43,837 nucleotides of DNA. It comes from a virus (taxonomy: Duplodnaviria; Caudoviricetes). The DNA is taken from positions 1-43,837 of the IMG/VR virus record IMGVR_UViG_3300032104_000023. The stretch is one strand, 5' to 3'. The position numbers were made by a program, and so were the translations under genes. This document shows positions 1 through 6,993 of this stretch, in pieces; position 1 is the first letter of the stretch; the number at the start of each line of letters is the position of its first letter. The notes under the pieces are model-generated. The model saw only the letters and a list, made by a program, of their open reading frames with translations. It did no database searches and was not told the DNA's origin.

Positions 1-15
1 GAATCCTCCATAAAG

Positions 16-55
16 TGAGGTAACAGCTAGGCCTAATATAGTGGAGGCCATCACT
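16..55 (+). repeat. 40-bp exact direct repeat, copy 1 (copy 2 at 43783-43822)
   Basis: TGAGGTAACAGCTAGGCCTAATATAGTGGAGGCCATCACT occurs 15 nt from each window end with different flanks. Confidence 0.95.
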
Positions 56-56
56 T

Positions 57-131
57 AGGCAAGGTAGAACCTATAGACGATGTGGAGTTTGTGTATGGGA
101 GAATAACCAGAGAAGGAAAGTTAAGGTATAG
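57..131 (+). pseudogene. Relic 3' end of an HNH endonuclease gene
   Basis: Translates RQGRTYRRCGVCVWENNQRRKVKV*, resembling the C-terminal R-x-CxxC basic tails of the HNH genes at 4026-4241, 41257-41724 and 42578-42949. Confidence 0.55.
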
Positions 132-136
132 TCTCA

Positions 137-198
137 TGGGGTGTCCTCAGGTTCAACCATTTTGGTTGTCTGCCGATGCCACGCCTGGGGGCACCCCA
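137..198 (+). other. Structured intergenic RNA hairpin upstream of an RBS
   Basis: 137-151 pairs with 184-198 (15 bp, two G-U), inner CAACCA/TGGTTG hairpin; AAGGAG follows. Confidence 0.7.
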
Positions 199-220
199 CC
201 AGTAAAAGGAGAATATTATA

Positions 221-457
221 GTGGAAAGTAGACAACGTTGTCGAGGTTGTCGCCAGTACAAAGGAATAGGAGACTTCAACAATAAAGGGTACTGTCCTCT
301 CTGTCTCACCCGTAACAATGTGGTCATTGAGTTGCAAAAGGCATTAGATAGTATCCTGGACTGCCATATTAGAAGCATAACCGACAAGGCATGGGAGAGA
401 GCGCGCCTCGCTAGTATAAGAGCTAAGGATATAGGAGTAGGCCGTGAGATGGCTTAA
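221..457 (+). CDS. Hypothetical Zn-finger protein
   Basis: CxxC...CxxC, AAGGAG RBS, overlaps next gene. Confidence 0.65.
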   Translation: MESRQRCRGCRQYKGIGDFNNKGYCPLCLTRNNVVIELQKALDSILDCHIRSITDKAWERARLASIRAKDIGVGREMA

Positions 458-1298
458 CAGCCACAACATAGACCCAGTTATTGCCCAGGCTGTAATGACC
501 GATGACTACGAGGCTGTAGGTGACATCTCAGTTACTCGCCTTGTACGGCCTCCACAGGTTACATACTTGGAGAGCAAACATGAGGACGAGCTAGTACAGG
601 ATGTCACAGAAGGCCTGTATATGCTGGAAGGGAGAGCACTCCATCACATCCTCGATATAGCCAGGGACAAGACCCGGCTGCAAGAGCATCGCCTGACTGT
701 AGACTACAACGGTTGGACCATCTCAGGTAGGTTTGATGTCCTCTACACTGAGACCAACATACTCAAGGACTACAAGGTTTCAAGTGTTTGGGGCCACATA
801 CTAGGTGGAAAGGAGGACCATGAGGAGCAGCTTAACTTCTATGCCTACCTAGCCCAGAGGAGCCACATCAAGGTAGACAAGTTGAGGGTGGTTATGTGGT
901 TCCGTGACTGGATGGCTAGCCAAGTAGAGAGAGATAGGAACTACCCTCAACTCAAGGTCCTAGAGCATACCATACCTCTATGGGCGTTGGACTCCCAGGC
1001 ATTAGCCTTCCAGGGGAAGGTTAAGCTACACCAGTTAGCTAGGTCTGGTAACTACCCAGAGTGTACTCCTGAGGAGAGGTGGGCCAGGCCTGACTCATGG
1101 GCCGTACAAAAGCCTGATGCTAAGAAGGCCTACAGAGTGTTCGAGGAGCCTGCACTAGCTGAGGCTATGGCCAATAGCATGAGTGGCTATGAGGTACAGC
1201 ATAGGCCAGGAGAGAATGTTAGGTGTGCAAGGTATTGTCCTGTTATGCAGTTTTGTGAGCAGGCTAAGGAGCTAGGAGTGGTGAAGTCCGATGCGTGA
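444..1298 (+). CDS. PD-(D/E)XK Cas4/RecB-like exonuclease
   Basis: GRALH, E...ISGRFD...KDYK, QLNFY motifs; C-terminal Cys cluster CTPEERW...RCARYCPVMQFC. Confidence 0.85.
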   Translation: MRWLNSHNIDPVIAQAVMTDDYEAVGDISVTRLVRPPQVTYLESKHEDELVQDVTEGLYMLEGRALHHILDIARDKTRLQEHRLTVDYNGWTISGRFDVLYTETNILKDYKVSSVWGHILGGKEDHEEQLNFYAYLAQRSHIKVDKLRVVMWFRDWMASQVERDRNYPQLKVLEHTIPLWALDSQALAFQGKVKLHQLARSGNYPECTPEERWARPDSWAVQKPDAKKAYRVFEEPALAEAMANSMSGYEVQHRPGENVRCARYCPVMQFCEQAKELGVVKSDA

Positions 1299-1470
1299 CA
1301 TCTACAGCCTAGCGTGGAAGGTGCTAGAGGAGAGGATAGCCAAGTCAAGGAGACAATCTATATCTAAGTCTGACCTGATAGAATGGAGGCTATGGGCTCT
1401 TGAACAAGCCATAGATATATTCAACCGTCCATCTATAGAGGTAACACATGGCGTCAAAGAGGAGGCTTAG
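1291..1470 (+). CDS. Hypothetical protein (59 aa)
   Basis: MRDIYSLAWKVLEERIAK...; fills gap and overlaps both neighbours. Confidence 0.6.
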   Translation: MRDIYSLAWKVLEERIAKSRRQSISKSDLIEWRLWALEQAIDIFNRPSIEVTHGVKEEA

Positions 1471-1612
1471 ACGCCGCCAGTGCAGGAGAAAGGTCCGCTA
1501 TGCTTCTAAGCAGGAGGCTAGGCAAAGCGGACTTAGACCTAGCCTAGCTATCTATAAGTGTCCCTTCTGTACCGGTTTTCACGCAGGTCATAGGCCTAGA
1601 AGGAGAGTATAG
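1448..1612 (+). CDS. Small basic Zn-finger protein (54 aa)
   Basis: MASKRRLRRRQCRRKVRY...YKCPFCTGFHAGH; GAGG RBS. Confidence 0.65.
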   Translation: MASKRRLRRRQCRRKVRYASKQEARQSGLRPSLAIYKCPFCTGFHAGHRPRRRV

Positions 1613-1613
1613 G

Positions 1614-1796
1614 ATGCAAGAAAGGATTGACGAAGCATACGAAGCCTTAGATGCCTTACTTGAGGGACTAGGTAGGTTGCCTATGAACCAGGTAACTACC
1701 CGTCCACCACTACATAAGGCGTATATCCGGGGGCTAGAGGTTATTGACAAGGCTGTAAAGGAGGGCCGCTATGTCATGTCATCCAGCCAGCCCTAA
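1614..1796 (+). CDS. Hypothetical protein
   Basis: ORF with AGGAG RBS in operon context. Confidence 0.55.
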   Translation: MQERIDEAYEALDALLEGLGRLPMNQVTTRPPLHKAYIRGLEVIDKAVKEGRYVMSSSQP

Positions 1797-1980
1797 GCAG
1801 AAGGACTACGCCGACTCTTTAGTAGAGTACCTGGAGAAGGAGCAGCATAGGAGTGCAGCTAGGTTTAAGTCTAAGGTGGAAGGTTGTGACTGTATAAAGG
1901 AGATGTCTAAGCCGATTGATAAGATGATAGTAGCCAGAAAGGAGATACAAGATGCCGCCCAAGCTGTCAGAGGTCAATGA
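1771..1980 (+). CDS. Hypothetical protein
   Basis: ORF with GGAGG RBS; PASPKQ..Y motif. Confidence 0.55.
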   Translation: MSCHPASPKQKDYADSLVEYLEKEQHRSAARFKSKVEGCDCIKEMSKPIDKMIVARKEIQDAAQAVRGQ

Positions 1981-2146
1981 TTGCTGTGAGGCAATGTCTC
2001 TACTTAAGGAGCCTGAAAGACAGTGCAACATTTACCTCGATACGGATGATGGTACACTGTCCTCGTGTGATGATGACGGAACTAGGCTTCCACCTATTAA
2101 CTTTTGTCCATGGTGTGGGACGGATTTAGAAAGGGAGGGGGTATAA
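1952..2146 (+). CDS. Hypothetical Cys-rich protein
   Basis: CC...INFCPWCG; stop overlaps ATPase start (TAATG). Confidence 0.6.
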   Translation: MPPKLSEVNDCCEAMSLLKEPERQCNIYLDTDDGTLSSCDDDGTRLPPINFCPWCGTDLEREGV

Positions 2147-3825
2147 TGTTACTTAGTATTGAAGGCGAGGAAGCGACGGGCAAATCCTGTTTAGCTCTTA
2201 GTGCTCCTTTACCTATTGTATCCTTCGCATACGATATGGGCCATGAGAGAGCCATTAAGGGGGGCAAGTACGAAGAGTTATTCGCAGGCCTAACCATCAA
2301 CATAATACCTTACGAGAAAGGAGTAACATACCTAGAGGCAGATGCACCTTGGAAGGACTTTGATATAACCATCTTCGAATTGCCTAGTCCCATCCAACTA
2401 GACTCTATGAGGCTCAAAGGCAACCAAGAGCTATGGCTTTACTCTATCAACCTCATGGCTGCTGCCTTCTCAGACCCTAGAGTGGCTACCATAGTGGTGG
2501 ATACCATGACTATAGCTAGAAGGACCAAAGCTAATGCGTGGCTGGAACACCTACAAAACGCTGCCTATGATAGCAATGGAAATATCCTGATAGTAAATGG
2601 TAAGCCTCTCAAGCCCAGGGAACAACTTATCCAGATTGAGTACGGTAAGGTCAACGATAGTATCCGTGACATCTACTGTGTAGGCCCTGACACACCTATC
2701 CTTACTCTTGGCATGGAGTGGAAGGCAGCTAGTGAGTTACATGAAGGTGATAGCATCCTCGGTTTTGAAGAGGAGCACACAAACCCCCACGCTGGTAGGC
2801 GCTTCCTCAGTTCGGTTGTTACTCATAACGATATAGTGAGGTCGAAAGGGTATCGCATCACCCTAAATAACGGAACGGTACTTGATGCTACTCCTAACCA
2901 TATGTGGCTTATTGACCTAGAGGGCTCCGCGGGCCAGAATATAGTGTGGCGCTCGACCGAGCGAATCTATCAATTAAGGAACCACCATAAGAGACTTCGA
3001 CCAATAACCCTACGTCAGGTTATCCCATTCGAGCAGTTTGAGAATAGTTACGATAGTGGCTTCCTTGCAGCAGCCCTTGATGGTGAAGGCTCGTTGTTTC
3101 AGATTACAAGAGGTCAACGAGGTCTGAGACTAAGTTTCGGACAGAGACCTAATAGTTTCCAGAGAGCCGTTTGCATGAAGCTATTGGAGAGAGACTACCA
3201 TCCTAAACTTAACAACCATATATCCTCTGATGTACAGTATCTTAATCTGAACCGTGCGTCGGAGGTTATGTCATTCCTGATGCGGACCAGGCCACTAAGG
3301 CTACTTGACAAGTGGCAAGAGGAATGGACGAACAATAACCTTTCTGTGTATGTTCCTCCTATGCCTAACATCGAAATTATGGACATAAGGCCCATTGAGT
3401 GTTGGGTCTCTCGCCTGTCTAGTAGTACGGGAACCTACATAGCTGCCGGCTTTGGTGCTCATAATACCACTGGTGCTGGAATAAAACAGGATAATGGGAG
3501 GCCTAAGAATCTCATCGCTGTCCACCACCTCACTGATGAGCGAGTACCAGGACCTTTGGATGAGCAGGGTAGGGAGACACAGGTTTTAACAGGTAGGAAG
3601 ATACTAGAGGGTCTGGCCAACACTCACCGCTTTGTGGATATAGCCTTGCTCACTACTAAGGTGGACCAGGAGATTGAAGGTACACTACTAAAGTGCGGTT
3701 ACAGCCTAGCTATGGAGGGTACTGTGATGGCAAATCCAACCTGGAATAGCCTGGCTAACCTGGTCTCAATAGCTACGGAGGAGAGGATTGAACTTGATAG
3801 GAGGAATGCAGTTGGGGTATCTTAG
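2146..3825 (+). CDS. AAA_24/Sak4-like recombination ATPase, intein-containing (about 296 aa after splicing)
   Basis: Walker A GEEATGKS, Walker B IVVDT; start moved to ATG 2146 behind GGGAGG; lies near exonuclease and SSB-like genes. Confidence 0.75.
   Translation: MLLSIEGEEATGKSCLALSAPLPIVSFAYDMGHERAIKGGKYEELFAGLTINIIPYEKGVTYLEADAPWKDFDITIFELPSPIQLDSMRLKGNQELWLYSINLMAAAFSDPRVATIVVDTMTIARRTKANAWLEHLQNAAYDSNGNILIVNGKPLKPREQLIQIEYGKVNDSIRDIYCVGPDTPILTLGMEWKAASELHEGDSILGFEEEHTNPHAGRRFLSSVVTHNDIVRSKGYRITLNNGTVLDATPNHMWLIDLEGSAGQNIVWRSTERIYQLRNHHKRLRPITLRQVIPFEQFENSYDSGFLAAALDGEGSLFQITRGQRGLRLSFGQRPNSFQRAVCMKLLERDYHPKLNNHISSDVQYLNLNRASEVMSFLMRTRPLRLLDKWQEEWTNNNLSVYVPPMPNIEIMDIRPIECWVSRLSSSTGTYIAAGFGAHNTTGAGIKQDNGRPKNLIAVHHLTDERVPGPLDEQGRETQVLTGRKILEGLANTHRFVDIALLTTKVDQEIEGTLLKCGYSLAMEGTVMANPTWNSLANLVSIATEERIELDRRNAVGVS
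2677..3465 (+). mobile_element. Class 1 intein (263 aa) with a single LAGLIDADG motif
   Basis: Y|CVGPDTPI start, block B TPNHMW, GFLAAALDGEGSL, end GAHN|T. Confidence 0.92.
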
Positions 3826-4241
3826 ATGACGCGCTATCAGGAGGTCATTGACCGGACTGTAACTGACTTCGGAGATGAATGCTGGCCCTTCCCATCAATA
3901 ACTGGAAGTGGATATGCGGTGCTTACTCATGCCAACCGTCAGGTCAAGGCCGCTGACTTGGCATATGAGGTAAGATATGAGCCAGTAGCTGAGGGTTTGG
4001 AATTAGACCATCTGTGCAGGAATAGATGGTGTTGGAACCTGTTACTCATAGTGAGAACATGAAGCGAGGCATAATACAGTTTGCTAGCTCACTCAAAACA
4101 CATTGCCCTCAAGGCCATCCCTACAACGAGGTCAACACCAGATGGAAGAAAACTTTCCGTAGTAAACAACGAGTCTGCCGTACCTGCGAACGCGAATATC
4201 GAGAGAGGAAACGCTATGAGGTGCCCAAACCCTCACTGTAA
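3826..4241 (+). pseudogene. Frameshifted HNH endonuclease
   Basis: ECWPF..GYA..LDHLCRNRWCWN in one frame, LEPVTHSEN..THCPQGHPY..CRTC in another; junction at 4032-4039. Confidence 0.88.
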
Positions 4242-4413
4242 CGGTAAACTAATAATAACACGAGTAGTTAGCTCACTCCTAGGTATGGGTGGTGAAGTAC
4301 CTACAGCTACACTGGATGACTGTGAGGATTATGTGGTATGTACCGAGTGTGGCGAGAGTCCTGGCTATACGTGGGAAGGAGAAAGGATAATATTAGCAGG
4401 AGAGGAGGGATAG
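4216..4413 (+). CDS. Zn-ribbon protein
   Basis: MRCPNPHC...CTECG; RBS lies inside the HNH 3' end. Confidence 0.65.
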   Translation: MRCPNPHCNGKLIITRVVSSLLGMGGEVPTATLDDCEDYVVCTECGESPGYTWEGERIILAGEEG

Positions 4414-4414
4414 T

Positions 4415-4597
4415 ATGTCCTGTGCTTGGCTTACCGTTAGAGAAGCCGCTGATTTTATCAAGGTTCACTATACCACCATGCAGCATTATATAGGTACTGT
4501 AGATAAACCCGGTAAACTAAAGGCCAGCAGGCCCAGTGAAGGTATAGTCCGTATATGCCTAGAGGATTTAGAGACATTCATGGAGGGGAAGGAATGA
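4415..4597 (+). CDS. Excisionase-like/MerR-type HTH (HTH_17) protein
   Basis: WLTVREAADFIKVHYTTM...GKLKASR...VRI...DLETFM. Confidence 0.8.
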   Translation: MSCAWLTVREAADFIKVHYTTMQHYIGTVDKPGKLKASRPSEGIVRICLEDLETFMEGKE

Positions 4598-4887
4598 ATT
4601 ACAACATCATACTCATACATGGTAGGCAGAAGACAGGCAAGACAAAGCTAGCAAGGCTGCTAGCAACTCTGATAGATGCAGTGTTGCTAGACAAGCAGGT
4701 TAATATGGACCAGGCATTGATAGCGCATCTGGCATTCCCCTTGAAGCCACTTGTCTTTGTTATGACAGAGAAGAAGCCCCCCAAGGCGTACACTAAGGGC
4801 TCATCCTTGGAAATGCTCATTCCTGATATTAGTATTCATACACCTGACCTAAGCACCATAGACAGATATGGGAGAGGCCAGTGGTAA
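4594..4887 (+). CDS. Small P-loop protein (kinase-like, possibly truncated)
   Basis: IILIHGRQKTGKTKLA Walker A; only 97 aa. Confidence 0.55.
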   Translation: MNYNIILIHGRQKTGKTKLARLLATLIDAVLLDKQVNMDQALIAHLAFPLKPLVFVMTEKKPPKAYTKGSSLEMLIPDISIHTPDLSTIDRYGRGQW

Positions 4888-5609
4888 GTGGTGAGCTATT
4901 CGGTATAGACGTATATGAGCCTGAGGAGGCCCTACCTACCCTCTCACCTATAATACCCTGTGCAGTACAGCCTCTCAACAACGAGGGCTATGCGGACTAC
5001 CTATGGACAGGCGTAGAGGGTAGACAACAGGTAGAACGTAAGACCTGGTACGAAATACTGGGAGGACTAGACAGTGTAGAGGACCAGTTGCGTAGGCAAC
5101 TACAGGCTCATCCTAATATCCGGCTCATACTGATAGTGGAGGGCGTGGCAGTACCCTCTGTGACAGGCACCACAGTATTCAAGGAGACTACTAAGGGTAA
5201 GCGCCACCTGTTCTATGCGGGTAAGTCATACTTCCTGGGGCCTATGAAGGGTGTATACGCTTGGCTCTACGAAGTAGGTAAGTATATAGAGGTACACCAG
5301 ACACCTACCTATGGGGCCACCCTGAATATGCTAACTGCTTTCTATAAGGCTGACCAAAAGGAAGGTCATACTACCTTCCAGCGCTATCTCAAGGAGATAA
5401 CCTTTCATCCTAATCCTATGGTCCAGCGACTCATGGGTATGGGGAGTCACTTAGGTATAGGAGCAACCAGGGCTGAGGCCCTCATCAAGAGATTTGGTAC
5501 TCCTTATAATGTGGCTACTGCTACTCCTGAGATGTTAGCGTCTGTGGAAGGAGTAGGTAAAGCCATAGCTATTAAGTTCCTGAGAGGGGTAGGTAGACCT
5601 GATGTCTAA
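4881..5609 (+). CDS. ERCC4/XPF-family structure-specific nuclease with HhH domain
   Basis: D..E, ADY, VERKT...QL motifs; C-terminal GIGATRA and GVGKAIA HhH motifs. Confidence 0.85.
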   Translation: MVSGELFGIDVYEPEEALPTLSPIIPCAVQPLNNEGYADYLWTGVEGRQQVERKTWYEILGGLDSVEDQLRRQLQAHPNIRLILIVEGVAVPSVTGTTVFKETTKGKRHLFYAGKSYFLGPMKGVYAWLYEVGKYIEVHQTPTYGATLNMLTAFYKADQKEGHTTFQRYLKEITFHPNPMVQRLMGMGSHLGIGATRAEALIKRFGTPYNVATATPEMLASVEGVGKAIAIKFLRGVGRPDV

Positions 5610-5745
5610 GCCTATTCATAGCAACTGGAGACTTGGTTTGGAGAACATGCGACTGTTACTTGACTACGCCGACTCGCACGAGTGGAACATTCCTCCGAAC
5701 TGGCATAGTGCGCTCCTGAGTAAAATCTTTGGGAGAGACAGGTGA
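5602..5745 (+). CDS. Hypothetical protein (47 aa)
   Basis: MSKPIHSNWRLGLENM...; overlaps both neighbours. Confidence 0.5.
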   Translation: MSKPIHSNWRLGLENMRLLLDYADSHEWNIPPNWHSALLSKIFGRDR

Positions 5746-6560
5746 ACAAAGTGTTCGCCTTACAATACGAACGAGTCCGTGAAGGAGGGATGGACCTTAT
5801 ACTCTTCCCTAGAGATGTGGAGTGGCGTAAAGAGCTATTCCCTCAGCAAGTATTTGAGCATCCGGCCAAGATGAATATGTATCTATGTAAGGAACTGATA
5901 GAGTACCTGACTGAGCCAGGGGATACCATACTAGACCCATTTGGAGGTACAGGTACTCTCTTGATAGGCGTACTTGAGGGGCGCAATGTGGTCCTGATTG
6001 AGATAGAACCTCACTATCTTGCACTCCTTAGAGAGACCGAAAAAATGTGGAAAGAAGGAGTGCAACTATCCGTAACAGGTGAGGTCAAGGGACCAGGCCG
6101 TATCTTCATTTATGAGGGTGACTGCCGACAGAAACTACAGGACATAGACTTCCTTTGCGACGCTGCTATATTCAGTCCTCCGTACAGCACCTCCATTACG
6201 AGAGCCAAGCCTCTACCCTCGTTGGAAAAGTCCGTGAAAGACTACACGGTAAACCCTCAGAATCTAGGTAACTTCAATCCCTTTTACTTTCAGCAGGGTA
6301 TGAGGATAATTTACGAGAGAATGTTTAAGCGCCTTGTACCTGGAGCACCAGTGGCTATTATCAGTAGGGACATGATAAAGGGAACCCGTGAGTTCCTATC
6401 TGAGGGTATGATTAGGTACATGGGTAAGACAGGCTTTGAGCTAACCGAATGGTTCAAGTGGAAGCCTCCAGGTTCAGCACAACGTAGGATTCAAGAGAGT
6501 CGCGGAGCACAAGTTGTCAAAGATGAAGACATTCTCCTGTTTAGAAGAAGGGAAAAGTAA
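5742..6560 (+). CDS. Amino DNA methyltransferase (likely N4-cytosine)
   Basis: HPAKM, LDPFGGTGT (motif I) before FSPPY (motif IV). Confidence 0.88.
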   Translation: MNKVFALQYERVREGGMDLILFPRDVEWRKELFPQQVFEHPAKMNMYLCKELIEYLTEPGDTILDPFGGTGTLLIGVLEGRNVVLIEIEPHYLALLRETEKMWKEGVQLSVTGEVKGPGRIFIYEGDCRQKLQDIDFLCDAAIFSPPYSTSITRAKPLPSLEKSVKDYTVNPQNLGNFNPFYFQQGMRIIYERMFKRLVPGAPVAIISRDMIKGTREFLSEGMIRYMGKTGFELTEWFKWKPPGSAQRRIQESRGAQVVKDEDILLFRRREK

Positions 6561-6745
6561 TGGCAATAGGAGTTAACCAGCGAGAGTTTAAGATAGAGGC
6601 AAGGATACTCAAGCAGGTACTACACTTCCACATCGAGGAGGATGAGGAGATAGTGGGCGCCTCCTACCAAGTGGTTGGAGGTTTGGATGGTCCACACCGT
6701 GTAGTCCTACTGTTAGAGAAGTCAGATGGCCAGGCACAAGGTTAA
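6560..6745 (+). CDS. Hypothetical protein
   Basis: TAATG overlap with the MTase. Confidence 0.55.
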   Translation: MAIGVNQREFKIEARILKQVLHFHIEEDEEIVGASYQVVGGLDGPHRVVLLLEKSDGQAQG

Positions 6746-6929
6746 TATTAAACAGGTCTGTGCCTCTATCCGCCTCGACCTCATTAAGGCATTTCATATA
6801 GAGGTTCCTAATGAGGATGTCACTATTACGTGGAAGGGTGGTGACTACCGTGAAATCTCGATTCACGTTCTGACAGGACAGGTGTATGGGAGCGTTAAGG
6901 AGCAGTATTACATGGTAGGCAAGATATAA
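6726..6929 (+). CDS. Hypothetical protein
   Basis: Operon context; shares FHIE with the previous ORF. Confidence 0.5.
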   Translation: MARHKVNIKQVCASIRLDLIKAFHIEVPNEDVTITWKGGDYREISIHVLTGQVYGSVKEQYYMVGKI

Positions 6930-6930
6930 C

Positions 6931-6993
6931 CTAAGAACCTGTCGTGCATGCAGTAGAGAGCGCACACGTACATGGCGAGCATTGCGTACATAG
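6931..6993 (+). pseudogene. Relic 3' end of an HNH endonuclease overlapping the polA start
   Basis: Translates LRTCRACSRERTRTWRALRT*, like the RVCRTC/RRCRTC tails of the other HNH genes. Confidence 0.65.

Noticed and set aside
16-1298. Mini-CRISPR array linked to the Cas4-like gene
   Set aside because: Only two copies of the 40-mer, one inside a coding region; no repeat-spacer periodicity and no other cas genes
4415-4597. Integration/excision module
   Set aside because: The HTH_17 protein has no adjacent integrase; such proteins are often plain regulators
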